Source of the DNA: Eledone cirrhosa
Taxonomy: Eukaryota
DNA length: 64,000 nucleotides
Assembly: GCA_964016885.1 (NCBI GenBank)
Contig: OZ024753.1
Span: 18,910,001-18,974,000, forward strand
Direction: 5' to 3'
Shown: one piece after another, positions 1 through 12,103 of the stretch
Position numbering within the stretch: the stretch's first letter is position 1
How the letters are laid out: each line of letters begins with the position of its first letter
The notes under the pieces: model-generated
Databases searched by the model: none
Told to the model about the DNA's origin: nothing
The model's input: the letters and a program-made list of their open reading frames with translations, nothing else
Made by a program: the position numbers and the translations under genes

Positions 1-1170
1 TGGTCCGGGATTGTCTTCACATTCTCGGGCCTGATCTGGAGAAGGATCTCCAGGTCAACCTCGGACCAGTCCTCTCTGGCCGTTCTGGTCACTTCTATAG
101 GGACTGTATCCGTCCCCTCCACAATCACACATCCCAGAAGCCACCACATGTCAAGTCCTGGTGGGATTCTCGGTATGCGGAGATGGGCCGTTCTTTTCCC
201 TATGTGGGAGGGGTACATTATGACCTTGCTGGTTTTACAAGGAGTCAGAGCGTGTTTTATAGCGAGGGCTTCTGACTTGAACAGCACCGAAATGGTGCCG
301 TACTGTCTGCCCCTCGCTTTGTATTCGGTGTCTTCTCTGATGCACCTCAGCGCGACTTCGACGTCTTCTTGTGGGATTAAAGCTGCCCTTCTGGTTTGTG
401 CTTAGATGCATCTATAATGCACCGTTCTGCGCTCCACTGCCTCATAGCTTCTACCGGGACAGTTAAGTTGGCCCATGTTTGCTCTTGCCTGGGCCAACTT
501 TTCATTTTGTTTGAGAGGTCCATGTTGAAGCATGGTCTCTTTTTTGCTGCTGCTGCCGCAGCGAATGTGTTCTTGTCGTTGAGGTTGTCGTTGTCGGTGT
601 TATTGTTATCACTGTCGCTGTTATCATTGTTGTCTTTGGTGCCACCGTTGTTCTCGGTACAGTTGGTATTGTTGCTGTTGGTGTTGTCGCTGTTTGTTTT
701 CATGTTAGTGGTGTTGATATTGTTGTAGCATTTGTATTTTTTTTTTTAGTTACTGTATTTTCGTTGTCGCTGTTACTATCATTTTTTTTTCAAAATTAGA
801 GTTCTCAGAGGTATCATTGGTGTCTTTGTTTACATTGTTTGTGTTGGCGTTTGTGTTATCAATATCTGTTACTTTCGCTGTAGCGCTCCTCTCAGCTTCT
901 ACGTCGTTGTCGCTGGACAGCAGACATATCGCTGGGGGCGTGGCTCAGCTATGTTTTTTGGGGGTTTTTTCTCGATAATTATTTTAAAATCTAAAAAAGT
1001 TCAAATATTTGGGCCAAAAGGCCCAAATATTATTCTTTCCCCTCACACAGCAAAGTCTTTCCCCCTTCACAGGGCTCGTATGCCATACACAACAACAACA
1101 AATTCAATAAATCAGTTTTGATAGGTAAGTGAACTTACGGGAGCGAGCAAAAAGACGTCCGTTCAGACTC
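1..1170 (-). mobile_element. 5' end of a Tx1/L1-like LINE: 5'UTR plus frameshifted ORF1, runs off the window edge
   Basis: Minus strand starts GAGTCTGAACGGACGTCTTTTTGCTCGCTCC next to an (AAT)n tract. ORF 377-703 (Asn-rich, FAAAAAKK) continues after a frameshift near 400 as IPQEDVEVALRCIREDTEYKARGRQYGTISVLFKSEALAIKHAL..., open to position 1. Clade call is by general resemblance to RRM-type ORF1 only. Confidence 0.55.
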
Positions 1171-1211
<41 letters not shown>

Positions 1212-1882
1212 TATCCGAGAACAACAATATATAATGTCCTATCTTTCTCCATTTATATCTGTAACAATATTATAATATATAACTCAATTGCCAATTCATA
1301 ATGTACAATGTCAGAAATTGGTGGTTTAATATGGTGGGTTATGAACATTGAATCAAAAAACTGAGTTGCATATTGAAATAGGTGTTACTGTATGTATACT
1401 GTATTCAAAATAGATAACCTGAATTAACTGCAACATGCAACAGAATGGTTTAAAGATTGAAATAGACTGCAGTCACGTCTACAAGGTAAAACAACTTCGT
1501 CTTCTTCATATCACATCATTAAAATACTGTCACTTTACTTTACTGGTCCAGCAATACACTACAGTTTTATATCGACGAACAAACGTATACGAACATACAT
1601 AAATTCATTCAAACTTTCACACACACACATACACATACACACACACACACACGCACGCACGCACGCACATTCACACACACACATTCACACATATATATAT
1701 ATATATAAATTTATATATATAGTAATAATAATAAATTTGAAGACTAAAATCCAAAGAGGGCACGATCAAATATAAGAACCGTAGAGCAAATATATGTAAA
1801 GGGTAAACAGAAATAACAACACAATCGGTACAGTATATGGGAGGTATATATTGGGTTAACGCTTGATATAGTAGGAAGAGGG

Positions 1883-1918
1883 TCTTAACGTTTCGGACGC
1901 TAGTCCTTCATTAGAAGA
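1883..1918 (-). ncRNA. Minimal type I hammerhead ribozyme with one core mutation, in a short PLE-end-like repeat (~1722-1975)
   Basis: Minus: TCTT-CTAATGA-A-GGAC-TAGC-GTCC-GAAAC-GTT-AAGA. Stem I TCTT/AAGA, stem II GGAC/GTCC, palindromic ACGT stem III. Homologue at 55536-55571. Confidence 0.75.
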
Positions 1919-2235
1919 AAGAATGAGAAATAAAATAGATTGGGGGACGGGCGGGATGGAATTGGAAAAAATGTCTTTAGATACGTCTATACATATATAC
2001 ATATATGCATACATACATATTTACATACATATATATATATATGCATACATACATTTATGCATACATACATATAATTTAGTGCATGCATACATACATGCAT
2101 ACACACACTCATACATACATATATACGCACACTCATACATACAATCTGTTATAGTAACACAGCAAATGAACTACGCCGTGGACATCAATAGACACTAAAA
2201 CATGTTACCAGTTATTTACATAACATGTACTGACA

Positions 2236-2921
2236 TCTATATATATAAAACTGAGGATGTCTCTCTCTCTGTCTGTCTGTCTGTCTCTGTGTGTGAGAGA
2301 GAGAGAGAGAGAAAGAGAAAGAGAGAGTTTGAATCCCTAAAACACGAGAAGTACCATATCGATATTTTTCAAACTTTACATGTGTATTACTTATGTTTCA
2401 GGGAGTGTTATACACATTAAAAAATTCAGCTTATTGATCCCCTAGGGACCGCATTAGCTGAGAAGCTGCGTTTTTTCAGATTTTAGGGTTTTCTTGAGCC
2501 GTTACGTCAGGCCGATTTCCTTGAAATTGTAACTATGTATTAGTCAGTCTCTTCTTCATACCGTGAGCAAAGTAAATCCAACTTGTTTATGGTCTAGGGC
2601 CTGCATTAGGTGAAACACTTCATTTCTTCAGCTTTTTAGGGCTTTTTTGAGGCGTTACGTCTAGCCGATTTTCCTGATTTTTCAAGGCATATTATGCACA
2701 TACAAAATTCCTTTTCTTGATCGCTTAGGGCCTGCATTAGGTGAAAACCTGCATTTTTCCTGCTTCATCGAGGACAAATCTTAAAGATTATCCAGCCATC
2801 AGAGTATTCGGTTTATTTTCTTTACATATTGTCCAGGCATGCAGTTTTTCCACGATTAGGTCTTTTGGCGGCCCACGTTCTAAAATACCTTATCCCGTGC
2901 AACGCCGAGTACCACTGCTAG
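2236..2921 (+). mobile_element. Non-autonomous Helitron
   Basis: A|TCTATATATATAAAA start, subterminal (TGTC)n/(GA)n, internal ~130-150 bp imperfect tandem repeats (2441, 2594, 2725), imperfect 3' hairpin TCCCGTGCAACGCCGAGTA, then CTAG|T. Confidence 0.8.
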
Positions 2922-2970
2922 TCTAATATAAAAATGGCAGCCATAGCTGTTACCTGATATGATTTGGCAA

Positions 2971-3158
2971 TGGATTGGCAGTATCGGTAGAGGGTCGGAC
3001 GCCATGCTTTGCAGCATAGAGTTATGGCCCTTTACGATTTGAGTTCAAATCCCGCCTAGGTTAACTTTGCCTTTCCTCCTTACGGGTTCGATAAAATAAA
3101 GTACCTGTAATGCACTATGATAATTGCTGGCCTCGGGCCTAAAGTAGAAACAATTATT
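2971..3158 (+). mobile_element. tRNA-derived SINE with Meta-like central domain
   Basis: A-box-like TGGCAGTATCGG, B-box GTTCAAATCC, core ACTTTGCCTTTCCTCCTTACGGGTTCGATAAAATAAAGTACC. More than ten related copies in the window. Confidence 0.85.
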
Positions 3159-4407
3159 TGTAGAGGATGTAATGTATACAACCGCTGAAGCTAAATGAAA
3201 CTTAAGTGATAGTCGGTCTCGTGGTTCGGTACGACAGGATGACGTGTGGGAACAGCCTCTCCACCTCACGGGTCTCGCAACTTCGGGTGGCAATGAACTG
3301 AGAGATTTCCCGTGGCCGAAGAAGGTCTGATGTCTTCACTACCACAGGTTCGATCATAGACCTATAAAAGAGCGACCGATACTTGGATAGTTTACCCTCT
3401 TCGGCCTGGTGGGTAACGAATGTTGGGTTGGTAGCCAAATGCACCAGATTGCCGCATGAGAAAATGTCACATGTGACATCCCAAATGACAGGTCTACTTT
3501 TCTCTTATCAGTACAGAAAACATTTAAATAACAAGTAACCAGTTTATTCTTAAATTAGTGTGGTAAAATATTGTTCCAATTAGTGTGGTAAGGTATAATC
3601 TGTTACAATGACTCATGTGTGAATACGCTGTTGTAATATTGCTTGCTCCCCTACATTCCTTTATGACATATACGCATGCATGTTGAAACAATTTGACTTC
3701 GTAAATTGAATATTAAAATAACTTATAGCCTCATTACCAGATCTTTCAAGGTTCCAGAATAAGTCAACCTTTTTTCCTTTCGTATTCCTAGTCTCGGTAT
3801 ATGTGAAGAGAGCTGAAGATTATTAAATTGATTCTTTCTCTTCAGTGTTGGAGTTAATAGATGCCATGGATGCATTCTCTATATGAATACAAAGCAAGAT
3901 ATGAGATGCGGCAGGTGTAGTCGTTGACATCTCACACCAGCAGAAGATTGCTAATAACAATAATACAAATTTAATGATATCCAATTGACAGTCAAATATA
4001 TTTTAGAAGAATCTCTTCATCAACAATTTCACCGTTGCCATGAATACTCGTTTTTTGCTTTCAATAAAGAAATAAAAGATAATAATGAAAACGAAATTCT
4101 AATAATACTCACAATTTTCTTGTTTGCTAATGTATATTATTTATTTAGTTTTCAATTATTTGGGCTTATATATATTTATATATATTGCAAATAGCAGTTA
4201 TTTTTGTATGATAGGTTTGATAGAAAATATATGGAATACACTCTTTGTTTAGTTTCTATTCTTGCTATGTAATACCTTTAAAAGACTTCAGTTGCATTCT
4301 CAATGTTTATAGTATTATTTTTATGTGTATTATAACCAAATATGAGAGTTTATAAACAATGTACATGAGCCGATTTTACGGATTTTAAAACGCCGAGAAC
4401 ACAGACA

Positions 4408-4481
<74 letters not shown>

Positions 4482-4504
4482 TATTTATTAAAATCACAGA
4501 TTAA

Positions 4505-4555
4505 AGTTTAAGCAAAGAATCGCTGCTTTCACCCTTAACGGGATCTTCTGAAACT
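4505..4555 (-). ncRNA. Type I hammerhead ribozyme with core U-to-A change
   Basis: Minus: AGTTT-CAGAAGA-T-CCC-GTTAA-GGG-T-GAAA-GCA-GCGATTCTT-TGC-TT-AAACT. Partial copies at ~20893-20942 (+), 45741-45789 (-) and 51058-51120 (fold-back). Confidence 0.65.
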
Positions 4556-5417
4556 AACAAAGTCAATCTGTAAACGCAGAAGTGGATAGTTCTAAAAACG
4601 TTGCAACCGGAGGAAGACAGGAAGACGATACTTTGGTTCGTGGAAACGTTCCCTGGCAACGAACGGGAAAAAACGAATATAATACGTCATTAATAGGAGC
4701 GGTGAAAAACAATTACACGCAAATCAGAGAGGCCAGTGAAATAGAAATTAGAAGACCAAAGCTAAACAGAAAGAATGAGTGGAATAACAACAACACCCAA
4801 ACAAACAACACTGACCTAAGAGAAGTATAAATAAGTAAATAAAATAAGATAAATAAATACATACACAAGCACAATAACAACAAGCACATAAACACACACT
4901 AGTCACCCAGCAAACATAACACTATACACACTAGTCACACAGCAAACATAACACTATACACACACGCAAACGCATGCGCAAAGAAGACAAAATAAAATAA
5001 ACAAACAAGCAAATAAATAAATAAATATATAGACAGACTGAATAAAAAATGGCGTAGACATACAACACAACAGGAGGAAAATATAACACCACTGACGATG
5101 TTGCAGATGTGCAACGAAAGATTTATGTAAATTATGTAAACTATATATATGTGTTTGTGTCTAGATTGTATCTGTATTATTTTTGACCGTCGGTCAGTCA
5201 ATGGCAACATTGAGGACCGAGTAAGTTAGATTACAGATATAAAAGACAGCGAGAAGCGAAAACCAACCAAACAGTGAGTGTGTTCTGTTATTAATTCTGG
5301 CAATATTACACAAATATGACCCTCCCCAAGTATAACAATATTTGTTTCGACACACGATTTCATATAAAAAAACCTCGCTAAACTAATTCATCGCCGCTAT
5401 AACTATATATATATATA

Positions 5418-6378
5418 GAAAAAAAAATGAAATCGAAAATGCAGCTGGAGTCTAATTTTTTTTTTAAATGTATATATTTATTTGGTTCCTTTACCGGTTT
5501 CGCAGTTCTTCTGCTTTTGAAAAGTATAGTTGAGATGGAGGGTCTGTGGTTTTTCTCACATCTGGTTGGTCTCTGAATGTTACTTGTTTTATATGGAAAA
5601 AGTGGCTCGAAATGGTAGGATGTTCGAGAAGTAATTTGATTGGTTGGTGAATAATTATAATAATTTCGCGCCAGTTCGCGTTTCAAAGTTCTTCAAACAA
5701 GGGGGGGGGGTTCACAGGTTATTTTTTCATATACGAGTGTTTGAATTTCTTTTTTACTTGAAAAAAAGGGGCTCACGAAGGCTTTTTTTAAATAAGCGTA
5801 ATTTGATTGGTTATAAATGAAATTATGACTGTAACGTGAACAAGTTTTTATTAAATTTTCGCGCCCTTATTTGGAAATCCATTCTGTAGCCTTTTTAGAG
5901 AATTTTATCATAAGTAAAAGATAATGGTCAAGAGAAATGGGATGGGAGAATTGTTCTGGTTCAGTGAATATGGTTAGTTCGCTGTGGTGTCAGAATTCAG
6001 ATTTTTTATTGAATAAAGAAAGTAAAGATATGTGAGTTTATTTGTGTGCTTGTGTGTATGTGCGTGTGTGTGTGTGTATGTGTGTGTGTTGTGTGTGTGT
6101 GTTTGAATTTCTTTTTACTTACAAAAAGGGGGGTTCACGAAGGCTTTTACCTAATAAACGTAATTTGACTGGTTATAAATGAAATTATGGCTCTCACGTG
6201 AACAAGTTTTCATTAAATTTGTGTGCCCTTATTTGGAAATCTATTCTGTAGCCTTTTTAGAGAATGTTATGACAAGCAAAAGATAATGGTCAAGAGAAAT
6301 GGTCAAAAGATAATGGTCAAAAGATAATGGTCAAGAGAAATAAGACTCCAGCTGCATTTTCGATTTCATCTTTTTTTC
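5418..6378. repeat. Unclassified element with ~40 bp inverted repeats enclosing a ~205 bp direct duplication
   Basis: ATGAAATCGAAAATGCAGCTGGAGTCT (~5428) is the reverse complement of ~6343-6369. 5737-5940 is repeated at 6098-6302. Confidence 0.7.
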
Positions 6379-6574
6379 TTTATACTTTCACTCGTGTAGG
6401 ACACCTCGGTTATTTTTCATTTTGTAAAAAAACCCTCACTTTCTAATATATATATATTTAAATAAGAGGAATTCCAACTTTGTCTGATTTACTCGTTTTA
6501 TTTACAATCCTTTAAAATGTATAATGGTATTATAATGAAATAGTATGATAGAATATTAAATGTTAAGTGTTAAT

Positions 6575-6613
6575 TGAACAAGTACTTTCATGCTTTCGCA
6601 ATCTTCAGGTTCA
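6575..6613 (-). ncRNA. Minimal type I hammerhead ribozyme, intact core
   Basis: Exact reverse complement of 7158-7196. Confidence 0.85.
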
Positions 6614-6792
6614 TAATGTGTGGTGACAGTCAAGTTTGCAATTTTCAACTGTAATGAGAGGGGTAAATTTTGAACCTTATATACAGTGAAAAGTGGCTCC
6701 AGAATGCTAAAGCTTGCAAACTGAATTTCGACCAATCGGTGTGTAGTTTCACTGAATCACTAAAGCTGATTGGTTTAAGCATCACGACCACT

Positions 6793-6852
<60 letters not shown>

Positions 6853-7157
6853 AATAATAATAATAAAAGTGATGTTGATGGTGATGATTACTAGAAAATG
6901 CTATTTTCATCATTTCTAAAAATAGCAAAACAATTGATGCTTTGGATAGGATCAATTATTGATCGTTAGACATGCTCACCCAACCGTGACGCTTAAACCA
7001 ATCAGCTTTAGTAATTCAGTGAAACTACACACCGATTGGTCGAAATACAGTTTGCAAGATTTAGCATTCTGGAGCCACTTTTCACTGTATATAAGGTACA
7101 AAATTTACCCATCTCATTACAGTTGAAAATTGCAAACACGACTGTCACCACACATTA

Positions 7158-7196
7158 TGAACCTGAAGATTGCGAAAGCATGAAAGTACTTGTTCA
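7158..7196 (+). ncRNA. Minimal type I hammerhead ribozyme, intact core
   Basis: TGAAC-CTGAAGA-T-TGC-GAAA-GCA-T-GAAA-GTAC-TT-GTTCA: 5 bp stem I, GNRA-capped stem II, palindromic AGTACT stem III. Confidence 0.85.
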
Positions 7197-9661
7197 ATTA
7201 ACACTTATTTAATATTCTATCATACTATTTCATTATAATACCATTATAAATTTTAAAGGATTGTAAATAAAACGAGTAAATCATACAATGTTGGAATCCT
7301 CTTATTAATATAATCTTCTATACACAATCATACACACCCGTGTATATTTATCTATATATATATATATATACATTCCTATCGTGTATGTGCAAACATGTCT
7401 GGAAAGCAACAAATGAAATCAACAGAATCAGAAAGAATTCTAAAGGAGATATCATCGAAATTATCAACACTTATCACGACGATTGACACACGATCCTCTA
7501 TTTTAAAGGAAATAGAAAAACAAGCTACAGACGGAAAACATATAACTGAACATATAAAGTCTGAAATTAAGAATTTAGCTGAAATTATACCAACAGTTAT
7601 CAAAGATACAAAGTAAAGCCTACCACAACACCCTTGGATGTCAGAACTAAACGAAAGAAATTTGGAAAACAAAACACATTGAATAAGAAAAGAAATGTGG
7701 AAGACATGGAACAAATTTCTTAACATAAGAAAACAAAACTTCTGGAAAGCATACAAATGCGAAAAATATGACAAAACACATTCGAAATGGTTCTCTCTAA
7801 CGTACCCATACTCCCTCGTAAATACCTAATTACAGAAATTTCAGGAGAACCAGAAGAAGAAACAAAACTCCAATGGGAACTTACATTGACAAAATTGAGG
7901 ACCGACATCTCCATTTCTCAATGTAAGCAGTCCCGCTACAAAGCGAAATATGAAGCTATCGATGACCAAATTGAAGTTGAAATTTCAAAGCTAACGACTG
8001 GTATTATAGCTGAAAAAATACGAGAACTATGGATCAGAGATATCTCAAAAGAAGAAAACAAATCAAGAAAGGTATGGCAGCAGAAACAATTATTTCTCGA
8101 CGAATATGCTGCAAATTACGGTAAAGACTCTGGAACCCTGAGAAAAAGCATTAAAAGTGGACAATCTCACCAACATAACATACGCCAGAACACGTGCCAA
8201 CACAAGCACTCACCTTACCTTGAATCAAAGAAGAACTACGGTAATAACTCTTCGCTTTTTCTACAAAAACACCCTATCGCACACAACATGAACAAAAAGC
8301 ACAAACACGATAGATATTCCTTTGACCAGACCATGAGAAGTAGTAAAACCAGGAGATCATTCTCAAGATCTCAACAGAGACTACCAACAATGTATGTGGA
8401 AACAAAACGTAGAATAACCAGATCACTCTCAAGATCTCAACAGAGATTATCCATAAGAAACTGGGCGAAGAAATGATCTAAACCTGAAAGCAAACTTAGG
8501 TCATTTCCCCAGATTGTTAAAAATAATGCTAACAGGAAAAATAATATACATAATACCAAAAATAGGACGAAATACATAACGAAACCAAATATAATATCAC
8601 GACCAAAAATTCATCAAGCGAACACCAACAGGAATATAAATCCTGAACAGAGAAAAATCCATTTTTTAACGTCAGGACAACAAAAACCGGAAAAAGAAAA
8701 GCTCCAGGAGAAAACATACCCAAAACAACTGTACACGTAGATCCTAAAATAATTTATTTATCCAAAAGAGATCTTGACAATGATGAAATGCAAATTCTGT
8801 CAAAAGGACTGAAATTCACACCGACTCCAACAGTCAACCACCAAGAACTGAAGGAGGATACCCGAGAATTCTGTCGAAAATTACTTCTTGTAGAATTCTT
8901 CGCTGATAAAAGTAATGAGAGTGATGAATCACTAGTAAAGAATAAATCAAATTTCACTCCGCCAGAAGGAAAAAATATCTATCTCAACCAATACATTGAC
9001 ATTCTGTCTAAATTTCCTCTTAGACGTAATACTAATGTTAGACCAAACATTAACAAATCAGAAATGTATGCACGTAAACGTATACAAAATGACAAAACAA
9101 TAATAATTAAACAAGCAGATAAATGAGGTGCAGTTGTTAAAAGGGATACTGAATACTACAAGGATTTGGTTGAGGAACAACTGAAAGACACAACATTCTA
9201 TCATGAAATACCGTCAAATATAGACCACAACACCATGAAGAAGATCAACAACCTGGCTTCAAAATACCACAACTCACTTATTGATAAGGAAAGAGACTAC
9301 ATCACCAATTTTGAGCCAAACCCAGCAAACTGTATGGCCTACCAAAAGTTCATAAATCAAAAGAAATACAATTGGCAGTAAGAGAACAAAACAGTTAGTA
9401 CATTAAATTACTACACACAAAAGACTTAAAACTTAGACCTATTATAGCTGGTCCAACATGCCCCACCGTCTAAGCAATGTCATTGACATTATTTTGAAAC
9501 CACTATGTATTCACATACCCAGTTTCATCCGGGATTATATCGACTTCCTGTCCCATCTACCTCAAACCGCGGAAACGAATTCACTTCTACTTAGTTTTGA
9601 TGTGGTAAGCCTTTACACCAACTTTACACATGATTTAGGAATAAAGGCGGTTAAATAATGG

Positions 9662-10717
9662 GTGGAAAAACATAGAGAAGTGATTCCCATCAGATTCACA
9701 GGACCATTTATATTAGACGCAGTTAAACTTATTCCGGAAAACAACACTTTCTTCTTCAATGGAAAGAATTACATCCAAATTAGAGGCACAGCGATGGGAA
9801 CGAAGTTTGCTCCCGTCTACGCGAAATCTGTAATGGGATACTTAGAACAACAACTCTACCAAGAAATAGAGGAAAAATATAGCACTGACTTTAGAAAGTA
9901 CATTGAAAAATCTTGGAAGAGATACATTGACGACTGTTTCATCATCTGGACAGAATCTCTAGATACTCTGGATGAGTTCAATATCCTCCTGAATAACCTA
10001 CACCCATCTCTCCAATTCACAAAAGAGATGAGTAGGACCAAATTACCATTGCTAGATATAATGATAATCAAAAACGACACCACCATTACCACGGATATAT
10101 ATTATCAACACACAGACACCCATCAATATCTGAATTTTAAGTCGTGCCATCCACCTCATACAAAACGCAACATCCCATACTGCCTAGCCAGAAGAATGTG
10201 TACCATTATAGAAGATACAAATACCAGGTACAAACGCCTAATAGAACTAAGAGAATTTTTGCTCAAACAAAAATACCCATCTCTACTTATAGAAAATGGC
10301 ATACAGAGGGCTATAAAAATACCTATACAACAACTTAGGACAACCCAAGGAAGAAGAAACCAAGAACTGATCATACCATTTATAATGACACACAACCCAT
10401 GTCACCAGAATATCTTCAACACTGCCAAAGCAAACCTACCGATCATTGCTCAAAGTAATGAATTAAAAGGCTTAATCACAGATCGATCTTTGAGTCTTAG
10501 TAAAAGACAGGCCAAAAATTTGAAGCAATTACTAACAAAAGCAAAGTTTGACCTTAACAACAAAGACCAATCATTCACAGTATCTAAATGCAATGATAGT
10601 CGATGCCGCACATGTCAATCCATACACGCCGGTCAATATATGAAAACAAAAACTGGAAAAATATTCCCAAATGCAAATATGATCTGCAAAAGCAGAAATC
10701 TAATTTACTGCATTTGA
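9662..10717 (+). pseudogene. Largest fragment of the PLE reverse transcriptase / GIY-YIG ORF
   Basis: 351 aa ORF with YIDD motif. Upstream fragments at 8788-9658 are separated by stops and frameshifts. Confidence 0.9.
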
Positions 10718-10880
10718 CCTCATGCCCAGCTGTAGCTGGCACTACCAACGCTTGATTGGGTCTACTCCACCCCCTCCCCTCTTTCTCCTACTGGCAGGTT
10801 TAGCCACCATCTCCCCTACTAATTTGCAACCACAGAATTACTACTGATTTTTGACAATCACTTTGACCATATATGGAATT

Positions 10881-10974
10881 ACCCCTTGAGAAGATCGGCT
10901 ATTTAAATACCAGGATAAATTTTCATTTAGTCCAGAATTAGCCGTCGAAACGGCTTGAGCTCAGCTGTCGGGGT
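10881..10974 (+). ncRNA. Type I hammerhead with degenerate 5' core in the PLE 3' region
   Basis: ACCCC-TTGAGAA-GATCGGCTA...TAGCCGTC-GAAA-CGGCT-TGAGCTC-AGCTG-TC|GGGGT. Stems I, II and III all pair. Predicted cut after 10969. Confidence 0.7.
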
Positions 10975-11065
10975 CTTACTGGTTCCTATTACCCACTCTA
11001 CTACCTCAAGTATTGAGTACTTTGGTGCGTTATGGTCCACCTGGTTCCTTACCACACTTCCTTCG

Positions 11066-11103
<38 letters not shown>

Positions 11104-11392
11104 AACAACGAACATATCCCCCCCTATCCACCTCCCCCGAAACTCCCCCCACCCCCAGTTGATGGATGTGAATCGGAAATATATAGGGACATTTAAATAT
11201 CTCCCAAGGTAACTATCTCGTGTTATTACTTTTATTTGTTACGCTCTTTCCTACGTTCTCCTACACACTATACATCTCATTCTACATTCACTTACATCTC
11301 TCTCTTCACCACCGGATCTTGTTACCCGGAGAATTACCCATCTGCATTTTTGAGGCTTCCAAAACAGCCTAAAGAAAAAAAAAATATATATA

Positions 11393-11443
<51 letters not shown>

Positions 11444-11447
<4 letters not shown>

Positions 11448-11620
11448 GATCCCGAGTTCAATTGGGGATAACCACAGTAAGTCACTCACTACATAACAAA
11501 GTATAAATATTTAATATAGAAATGGATTCTACAGGACTAGAACTGTTTCATTCGGAGGAAATCATCGGGAATACCTCCGAATGAGATGGTTCTCGCCCTG
11601 TAGAAGACATTTCTATATTA
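11444..11620 (-). mobile_element. Short hammerhead-bearing fold-back repeat, same family as 45459-45658 and 50728-50930
   Basis: Minus: ATTC-CCGATGA-TTTCCTCCGAAT-GAAA-CAG-TTCTAGTC-CTG-TA-GAAT, with a partial inverted arm at 11574-11620 and TA flanks. Confidence 0.75.
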
Positions 11621-11920
11621 TATATATTACATATATTACATATATATATATATATATATAAGCTCAGGTCAGGTGACTCTAGAGTGCTACTGCTAACATG
11701 AAAACCTGTACAATCTTTCGCATGGTTGGGTCGTCGGCGACTAAACTGGCAACCCCACCAAGTTTACTTGGTGAGAGGGTGATTTTAGACACCCTGCAGG
11801 ACAAAAAACAAAACCTGACAAAGGGTGGAAGAACTGATAAGAGTCAACGGCCTTCCAAAAATGTGTAAATATGTATATACACACGTACATATGTATGTGT
11901 ATGTATATGCGTGTATATAT

Positions 11921-12103
11921 GCCTGGGTGTCAGGGAGGAGCATGTGCCTCTGTTTTCTAGCCATGCCCTTTTCAGGACAGCTCGTCCTGTATTGGGTCGC
12001 TCTTACACTCAGCTCTCACCTGTGGCCCAAAGAAGCTGTAGCATGTGACAGCGGCCACACCCAGGTAAACCGTCTTGGCTGGCGTGACGAACCAGGTTGA
12101 GGG
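11921..12103 (+). ncRNA. Candidate HDV-like ribozyme at the RTE 5' end
   Basis: P1 GCCTGGGTG (11921) / CACCCAGGT (12058-12066), P2 CTCTCACCTG / CAGGTTGAGGG, P3 TGGCC/GGCCA, P4 CGTC/GGCG, and CGAA just before P2'. P1.1 is not canonical. Confidence 0.45.

Larger units (their letters stand above)
6461..7306. mobile_element. Fold-back element (PLE pseudo-LTR-like) with ~325 bp inverted arms, each carrying a hammerhead
   Basis: 6461-6786 is the near-perfect reverse complement of 6985-7306. The spacer holds (AAC)n(AAT)n and the element is flanked by TA-rich sequence. Confidence 0.85.
7372..11067 (+). mobile_element. Penelope-like element (Neptune-type), near full length, decayed
   Basis: Broken ORF with LSKGLKFTPT, IIKQADK*GAVV, FDVVSLYTN, GTAMGTKFAPVYA, WKRYIDDCF, LPLLD, YLNFKSCHP, Cys linker CNDSRCRTC and the start of GIY-YIG (CKSRNLIYCI). 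The rest of the endonuclease is missing. (TA)n on both sides. Confidence 0.92.

Noticed and set aside
2971-3060. tRNA gene
   Set aside because: The A/B boxes belong to a multicopy SINE head and no cloverleaf forms.
5325-5375. HHR-like GAAAC...GTT motif shared with 61705-61760
   Set aside because: The homology between the two loci looks real, but neither has CTGANGA or a pairing stem II.
7395-10717. In-frame TGA stops as selenocysteine recoding
   Set aside because: TAA stops and frameshifts also occur, and the TGA at 9124 replaces a Gly codon of the DKGG motif, which is simple decay.
11661-11862. Hairpin-rich 200 bp segment upstream of the RTE
   Set aside because: Probably the end of another repeat. 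It is single-copy in this window and cannot be classified by eye.
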